Source: Candidatus Latescibacterota bacterium
GTDB taxonomy: Bacteria > Latescibacterota > UBA2968
Assembly: GCA_965198115.1 (NCBI GenBank)
Contig: OZ240241.1
Location: 7,008,001 to 7,072,000, forward strand
Direction: 5' to 3'
DNA length: 64,000 bases
The notes under the pieces are model-generated. The model was not told the origin of the DNA and made no database searches. It saw only the letters and a program-made list of their open reading frames with translations. The position numbers and the translations under genes were made by a program. Of this stretch, positions 58,426 to 64,000 are shown piece by piece (position 1 is the stretch's first letter; each line of letters opens with the position of its first letter).

Positions 58426-58523
58426 AGCCCGCTTCAGCGAGCGGAGTTTATCCTGAGCCCCTCGACTTCGCTCGGGATAAACTCCGTCGAAGGGCTGCCG
58501 TAGCGTGGGGGTTCAGCCCCACG
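58426..58523. repeat. Composite REP cluster (nested CTCGACTTCGCTC element plus GTAG-headed REP)
   Basis: AGCCCGCTTCAGCG.. shared with 37235; GGAGTTTATCC/GGATAAACTCC stem; GTAGCGTGGGGGTTCAGCCCCACG. Confidence 0.7.
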
Positions 58524-58576
58524 TACCGCCGGCGGTTGGCTTCCCTTAAGCCGGCGATTCAACGCGTACGTCTCAA

Positions 58577-60115
58577 TTACTCTTCCCCTAAATCCGCGAG
58601 CAGTCGTTTGGCCAACGCTTCACCTGCGATCCGATTGCCTCGTGCATTCCAGTGCGTGTCCTGAAGGTGATAAGTTCTGCCCGAGCGCTGTTCGTTGCGC
58701 AGGAGGGGGAGTGTGTCCAGGTAGTCGATGCCGTGTTGGTCGCAATACTCTCGGATCTGCTGTTGGGGATAGTCTCGTTCATAGTTTTCGGGATGATCGA
58801 GATCCCGCAAGAGCTCCTGCCAGAGGTCGTCCTCGATCTGGAACTGGTCTGGTATCAACAGGACGAGTAGACGATCTCCGAGCTTTCTGTCAAAGCGAGC
58901 AAGGGCATCGAAGAAGTCTTCGTACTTTGCCGTAGTTTCTGTGCTCCGCGTGTTGCAGACCGGGAGTCGCCTGGTTTCCCAACGGAGGAACGTGACCCGA
59001 TCGAGATGCGGCTTCTCTTTCCGCCAATCGTGGACATACTCAGGAGTGTCAGTTTCTGTGTCGACCGTGTCCCCTCCCTCTTCGTTAGCGACGGTTCCCC
59101 CGAGCGCTTTCATCCCGACGAATTCGGCGAGCTCACTCAGCCCCCGGCCTTCCGCACGGAGGTTTCGGTAGACGGATCGGGCTCGGGCAAGATACGTGGA
59201 GAAGAGCCAGTCCTGCAGCAGGTAACGCTGCCGCCGGGACGGATTCTCGATGCCGTCGATGTCGTTGCCGACAAATACGCAAACGACGACTCGGTCAGGT
59301 TTATACTGAAACACCTCTTCTTCCAAAAGATGCAGATACTCTCGCATCCCCGCGGCCGGAATCCCGAAATTGTGAACGGCGACCCGGTTGTGGCTTCCAG
59401 CCAGGGAGGATCGGAGTCTTTCTTCAGCGACGGTTGCGAAGTTGTAGCCGTAGGGGACGACACCGACGCCGAAGGAATCCGCCAGAAGAGCAACGACTAG
59501 ATCGCCGTCGGACGCGACGAAAAACTCCTCATCGTGATACCCCATGCTGGAATATCGGAATCCGAACCCCGTGGCGTGGGGTCGTATTCTCCAGACGTCG
59601 ATCGTTGAGGCTGCGGATGTGGGGTCGAAAAAGAGTCTCGATGGGTAGACATGGCTGATGACGAGGAGACCCGATTCGAGTAGCAGGATGCCGATGACCA
59701 CGTTCGCTGTGAGGATGTCGAACGTGCGCTGAAACCGCTTCGGTCCGGCGGGTCTGGATGCCACGACGCAGGAGAATGTCCAACCGGCCGCGAGTGTGAT
59801 GAGGAAGAAAACTCGCGCCATTGAACGACTGAGGATACTCACTCCGGCGAGTGCTGACGTGAGTAGCAGGACTGCGACGAAGACATAGGCAGATAGTCGA
59901 GCAAGACGACCGACTGGAGGGTCGGGGGGAGAGGTGCTGCGGAGGTTGACGGCGAGATAAAGGGCGCTGGATGCCTGGAGCACGACGGCCAGGATAAAAA
60001 GCAGACCATCGCTCGACGACTCAACGGGAGCGTGCGTGAAGCGGGTCCAGAGATCGAAGCAGGCGACCGCGTGAAGCCCGGACAGAAGCCCGATGTAGGC
60101 ATTCCGAACGGTCAC
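58577..60115 (-). CDS. Membrane-anchored SGNH/GDSL hydrolase-like protein
   Basis: About 5 N-terminal TM helices; ADSFG, NFGI, FVGND, DTHWNARG. Confidence 0.78.
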   Translation of the reverse strand: MTVRNAYIGLLSGLHAVACFDLWTRFTHAPVESSSDGLLFILAVVLQASSALYLAVNLRSTSPPDPPVGRLARLSAYVFVAVLLLTSALAGVSILSRSMARVFFLITLAAGWTFSCVVASRPAGPKRFQRTFDILTANVVIGILLLESGLLVISHVYPSRLFFDPTSAASTIDVWRIRPHATGFGFRYSSMGYHDEEFFVASDGDLVVALLADSFGVGVVPYGYNFATVAEERLRSSLAGSHNRVAVHNFGIPAAGMREYLHLLEEEVFQYKPDRVVVCVFVGNDIDGIENPSRRQRYLLQDWLFSTYLARARSVYRNLRAEGRGLSELAEFVGMKALGGTVANEEGGDTVDTETDTPEYVHDWRKEKPHLDRVTFLRWETRRLPVCNTRSTETTAKYEDFFDALARFDRKLGDRLLVLLIPDQFQIEDDLWQELLRDLDHPENYERDYPQQQIREYCDQHGIDYLDTLPLLRNEQRSGRTYHLQDTHWNARGNRIAGEALAKRLLADLGEE

Positions 60116-60151
60116 GGAACAGTCTCTAAGCCGACCGCCGGTAAAGGGCGA

Positions 60152-61288
60152 TCAGCCGTAATCAACCCATCGTTTATGGTAGAAGTCGCTGCTCTCGTCA
60201 TCGGTGAGATTGGCTATCAGATCGAACATCCAAAGGTCGAGAGGCTCTTCGTGGCGATCCCAACGGGGGAAGGGATTGTCGTCTCGACCAGAGATCTTCG
60301 CGCCGATCTGGTGGAGCATCGCAAGACCCAGTTCGGGGATGTCGAGGCGGCGAATACCACCGTCGTACATCAGTTTTTCAAAGAGGTAGGACATCATCAC
60401 GCCGCCAGGGATGAAGGGGAGTGCGCGCGTGCGCATGGTGGGGAAGAAGACGTCGATCCAGGGTTTACGCGCGGCATACGCGTTCGACACGGCTTCCTGG
60501 ATGACATCCTTCGGCAGGTAGAGGCTGGTGGAGTAGGATCCCCAGCGACCGTAGGCGGGGGACTCTGGATTTCGACTATCGCGATCGAGACTGCCACGCC
60601 AGTCACAGAAGGCCGCACACTCGACCTCGACGCCCGCCTCCTCGATTACGTGGACGAAACGCACGGCGAGTTCTCCCATGATGAGCTTGGTCGTCTCGAT
60701 GTTGCGTTCGGGTAGAGGTGTCAGTTGCCACTGGTAGAGACCGTCCTCGTCGACGTCCTTGACGAAGACCGGTGGCATGTCGGGGAGTGTCCCCGAGCTG
60801 GCCGCCGCTGAACCGTTGACGTAGATGATGCGGTCGGCCCCCTTTGCCTCGAGGATTCCCAGCATCTGTTCAAGGCCTTCACCCTCGACCGCGATCCCGT
60901 CGTTGAGCCAGGTGAATTTTTCGGCGTGGTTGGCTGCCCCGGCTTCCATCGCGACACCCGACTCGAATTCCATCGATCGTTTCAAGTCGCGGCCGACAAC
61001 AGTGAGGCTGCCGAGTCGATCGAGGTTGTTCAACCCGGCGATGGCGATGGCTCCACCGATTCCTCGCCCGGTTGCACCGATGAGTACGAGATGCTTTCCG
61101 TCGATCCAGGAGAGGTCGTATTCGCCACTGTCGATTCTGGGCTTCTGGTCGCCCCAGACTCGATCCAGCAGATCGGCTGCGTCCTGAGGGTAAGCGGTGA
61201 TCTGCTCTTTGGTGGGACGTGTGACCGCGGGTGCTCCTTCCTGGATGCGCAGGCCGGGGGTCGGATCGGCGAAGGGACTGCGTGGCAT
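60152..61288 (-). CDS. Hypothetical Rossmann-fold protein, distantly FabV/trans-2-enoyl-CoA reductase-like
   Basis: LVLIGATGRGIG; PLPERNIETTKLIMG; TRALPFIP..LFEKLM; SD GGAGG; family call tentative. Confidence 0.55.
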   Translation of the reverse strand: MPRSPFADPTPGLRIQEGAPAVTRPTKEQITAYPQDAADLLDRVWGDQKPRIDSGEYDLSWIDGKHLVLIGATGRGIGGAIAIAGLNNLDRLGSLTVVGRDLKRSMEFESGVAMEAGAANHAEKFTWLNDGIAVEGEGLEQMLGILEAKGADRIIYVNGSAAASSGTLPDMPPVFVKDVDEDGLYQWQLTPLPERNIETTKLIMGELAVRFVHVIEEAGVEVECAAFCDWRGSLDRDSRNPESPAYGRWGSYSTSLYLPKDVIQEAVSNAYAARKPWIDVFFPTMRTRALPFIPGGVMMSYLFEKLMYDGGIRRLDIPELGLAMLHQIGAKISGRDDNPFPRWDRHEEPLDLWMFDLIANLTDDESSDFYHKRWVDYG

Positions 61289-61346
61289 TCAGCCTCCGGT
61301 GGAAACCTGTTGGGAAATCAGGAAATTATGAAAATAGGAAATCGAC

Positions 61347-61751
61347 TCACGGGCCTTTGAATCCGAGGACGACCAGGAGGCACGATCCGTCGGCGATGAC
61401 GTTGAGACCCAGTTCCTCTGCGCGTTGGACGGCCTTTGGGCTCTCGGCACCGGGTTGCATCCACAGGTTCTTGACATCCGCCTGGTGTGCGTCTTCGACG
61501 ATGGTCTCGGTGATGTGAGGGGGCGTGATGATGGAAACGCTTTCCACCGGTTCTGGTAGATCGGACAGACCCGGATATGCCGGGAGGCCCTCGACTTCCC
61601 GTGTGCTCGGATTGATCGGGTAGACCGCGCGGCTATTTTGCTGGTAGCAACGAAGGACCTTGTTGCCATATTTATTGCGGTCTCTGGAGGCGCCCACGAC
61701 TGCATAGGCGGGTGCTTCGAGAAAAACGCGGATGCGAGATTCAGTGTCCAC
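61347..61751 (-). CDS. CoA-binding protein (YccU-like)
   Basis: AVVGAS..KYG, YPINP, YPGLSDLP, WMQPGAES. Confidence 0.92.
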   Translation of the reverse strand: MDTESRIRVFLEAPAYAVVGASRDRNKYGNKVLRCYQQNSRAVYPINPSTREVEGLPAYPGLSDLPEPVESVSIITPPHITETIVEDAHQADVKNLWMQPGAESPKAVQRAEELGLNVIADGSCLLVVLGFKGP

Positions 61752-61849
61752 GGTGCCATCCTGAATTTTCGTGCGAGTCTACACGCGGTTCAATATGGCG
61801 TGAACCCTCGTTTCGATCAAGAATCTCCGGTCTCAGCGATTGATTCACG

Positions 61850-62950
61850 ATGATAGAGCTCTATCCAGACGTCATTCGGCCGTTTCTGTTCCAGTACGAT
61901 CCCGAAAATACCCACGCGTGGGCGCTCGGCGCGGCCTCGATGGCCGGAAAGATCGGGCCGATTCGGTCGATCGTCGAGCGTTGCTATCGGTTCGAAGATC
62001 CGGCCCTGGAGACGGATCTGTGCGGGTTGAAGCTGCCGAATCCCGTGGGTCTGGCGGCCGGCTACGACAAAAGTGGAACCGCCATCGATGGCGTGGCGGT
62101 GCTCGGATTCGGCCACGTGGAAATCGGCTCGATTTCGATCGATCCATCGGCTGGGAATCCGAGGCCTCGGCTGTTCCGTTTGCCCGATGATCGCGCAGTG
62201 GTCGTTCACTACGGACTTCAGAACGACGGTGCAGAAGTCGTAGCCGGTCGGTTTTCGTCCCGATCGGCCGCGGTCCCGGTGGGCGCGAACATTGTGAAGA
62301 CGAACCGGGGAATCGATGCGCCACCCGAGCCGGCGGACAAGATCGTCGATGAGTATGTACGCGCTGTTAGGATCCTACACGACGTCTCGGATTACCTGAC
62401 GCTGAACCTGAGCTGTCCGAACACGGAAGATGGACGGGACTTTTTCGCCGATGTCGCCCATACCCGAAGGTTGATCGAGGCCCTGAAGGACGTTTCTATC
62501 GACCGCCCCGTTTTTCTCAAAGTCTCGCCTCTGGGAGGCGACAGGGCTGTGGATGGACTGTTGGAAGCGGTCGATGACGCATCCTACGTCTCGGGTTTCA
62601 TCCACAACCTGGCACCGGGGATTCACGCGACGCTGCGGGGAGATGCTCGGGGGATGGTGGGGGCGCTGTCCGGCCGCCCAGTTGCGTCTGAGATGAACGA
62701 GTGCCTTCGACGTCTTTACACGCGAATGGATCAGGATCGATTCCAGATCATATCGGCTGGCGGTGTGACTACGGCGGAAGATGCTTACGAGAAGATTCGC
62801 CTGGGCGCGACGGCCGTTCAGCTGCTGACCGCGCTCGTGTATGAGGGGCCGGGGGTGGTGAGACGGATTTGTGAGGGTCTTTGCGAGCTGCTCGGGCAAG
62901 ATGGACTGACGAGGATTTCGGAGGCCGTGGGAGTTGCGGACGGCGATTAG
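61850..62950 (+). CDS. pyrD: Quinone-dependent dihydroorotate dehydrogenase
   Basis: DPENTH, NPVGLAAGYDK, GNPRPRLFRL, NLSCPNT, LKVSP, GALSG, GATAVQLLTALVYEGP. Confidence 0.93.
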   Translation: MIELYPDVIRPFLFQYDPENTHAWALGAASMAGKIGPIRSIVERCYRFEDPALETDLCGLKLPNPVGLAAGYDKSGTAIDGVAVLGFGHVEIGSISIDPSAGNPRPRLFRLPDDRAVVVHYGLQNDGAEVVAGRFSSRSAAVPVGANIVKTNRGIDAPPEPADKIVDEYVRAVRILHDVSDYLTLNLSCPNTEDGRDFFADVAHTRRLIEALKDVSIDRPVFLKVSPLGGDRAVDGLLEAVDDASYVSGFIHNLAPGIHATLRGDARGMVGALSGRPVASEMNECLRRLYTRMDQDRFQIISAGGVTTAEDAYEKIRLGATAVQLLTALVYEGPGVVRRICEGLCELLGQDGLTRISEAVGVADGD

Positions 62951-63115
62951 GAAATTATGAAACTATGTAATTAGGAAATTGACATTCTGGTAAGGTCCCC
63001 AGTCGAGCTTCTTCGGAATCCCCGCCCAGGGTAGGCTGCAACGTGGAGGGTTTCGATCATGGCCAGAAGTAGGGGCTGAACGATCACGTCTGTGACGCTC
63101 AGCCCCGTTCGTGTT

Positions 63116-63466
63116 TCAGGCCGCGGCGAAGACCGATTGCCTCTGATTGGCGAGGGCACTCTGAACGCTGGCGAATGTTTTCAATCGGTCCACACGCGCG
63201 GCCTTGAGGATACGTCTGATCTTGCTCGATTGGGTGACGAGCAGAAGCTCTCCGCCGCGACTGGCCATGCGCTGCTGAGCCTGAATGAGTTCGTCGAGGA
63301 TCGGGGGTCCGAACCACCCGGTTGCCGTGCAGTCGACGACCAGACGCCGAGACTGCGCTGCGATTGCCTCTTCGATCGACTGGTGCAATCGACGTCGATC
63401 TTCTTCGCTGTAGATCGGTGCTTCGATGTTCAGGATCACGGAATCACTCACTGCTGATGCTGCCAT
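63116..63466 (-). CDS. STAS domain protein (anti-sigma-factor antagonist-like)
   Basis: LVVDCT..W, RGGELLLV, IRRILKAARVDR, FASVQSAL. Confidence 0.75.
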   Translation of the reverse strand: MAASAVSDSVILNIEAPIYSEEDRRRLHQSIEEAIAAQSRRLVVDCTATGWFGPPILDELIQAQQRMASRGGELLLVTQSSKIRRILKAARVDRLKTFASVQSALANQRQSVFAAA

Positions 63467-63503
63467 TTTCCCATCCTCCGGTTTAAAGTTCGAACGGGAG
63501 GTT

Positions 63504-63548
63504 TGCAAGCAGTATGCCAGAAATCATTGTGAAATTAAGTAATTGATA
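63504..63548 (-). promoter_or_regulatory. Sigma54 (-24/-12) promoter with upstream IHF site
   Basis: CTGGCATACTGCTTGCA (GG-N10-GC) at 63504-63520; TATCAA-TTAC-TTA (WATCAANNNNTTR) at 63536-63548. Confidence 0.75.
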
Positions 63549-63704
63549 ATTAGGAAATTAGAGCGGTGGGACGAAGACCGGAAGACAGAGAAGCTGGTGG
63601 GAAACACCAATCGAGGGGGGATATAGGCCTGGGCCTAGTCTCTGTGTAGCAGTTCTGCGGTCTCCCTCGACTCCGCCGCTCCCACCGGCAATGATGTCAC
63701 AGCC

Positions 63705-64000
63705 TTACTTGCCAACCGTTCCGAGATACACCGCGAAGTGATCGTTGCCGTCTAGGCCGAGCAATCGGTTCAGGTCGTCGTCGTGGAAGGCAGCCGTGGT
63801 GCAGACACCGCAGCCCACGGCGAGTCCAGCGAGGTAGAGGTTCTGGCCGACGTGTCCTGCGTCGAGGTGGATGTAACGGTAGCCTCGATCGCCGTAGCGC
63901 CACGTCATTCGATGGGCAACGGCCGTCCAGATGAACGCAACCGCAGATTGTTCGATCAGGTCCGGCTGAAGACAGGCCTTGGCAACAGCCAACGTGACCG
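63705..64000 (-). CDS. SagB/ThcOx family nitroreductase, 3' part (runs off window end)
   Basis: WRYGDRGYRYIHLDAGHVGQNLYL, AFHDD..N.LLGLDG. Confidence 0.9.
   Translation of the reverse strand, partial: VTLAVAKACLQPDLIEQSAVAFIWTAVAHRMTWRYGDRGYRYIHLDAGHVGQNLYLAGLAVGCGVCTTAAFHDDDLNRLLGLDGNDHFAVYLGTVGK

Noticed and set aside
61314-62985. 8-mer GAAATTA(G/T)-type tandem repeats at 61314-61345 and 62950-62982 as regulator sites
   Set aside because: They lie just after stop codons like the other short tandem repeats; no evidence for a specific regulator
63705-64000. SagB-type oxidase as a sign of a RiPP cluster
   Set aside because: Gene is truncated by the window edge; no YcaO or precursor peptide visible; standalone members are common

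Overview
GC-rich bacterial chromosome segment with about 55 mostly housekeeping and catabolic CDS. The gene mix (several PhyH dioxygenases, GWxTD, FG-GAP, MacB-type permease) resembles FCB/Latescibacterota-like heterotrophs, but that is inference only. Recognisable genes include a UPF0182 protein, alanine symporter, SulP, trmY, fliL, a split Lhr helicase, penicillin acylase, a dgoD-like enolase, M29 aminopeptidase, ettA, sthA, phnA, yiaK, pdxH, pdxJ and pyrD. Accessory content: three toxin-antitoxin pairs, a complete IS256 with an 8-bp target duplication, an IS630 inserted into a stop codon, and several families of REP-like intergenic repeats. Most notable are (1) a ~190-nt multi-stem, strand-specific structured element (candidate ncRNA) convergent with a vapBC pair that follows an AT-rich palindromic leader, (2) a phosphonate cluster joining a biosynthetic-type phosphonoacetaldehyde reductase to catabolic phnA and a PhyH dioxygenase, and (3) a highly divergent FabV/TER-like protein next to a CoA-binding protein. 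Three frameshifts may be sequencing errors. No rRNA, tRNA or CRISPR array was seen. All family calls come from motif recognition, not database searches.
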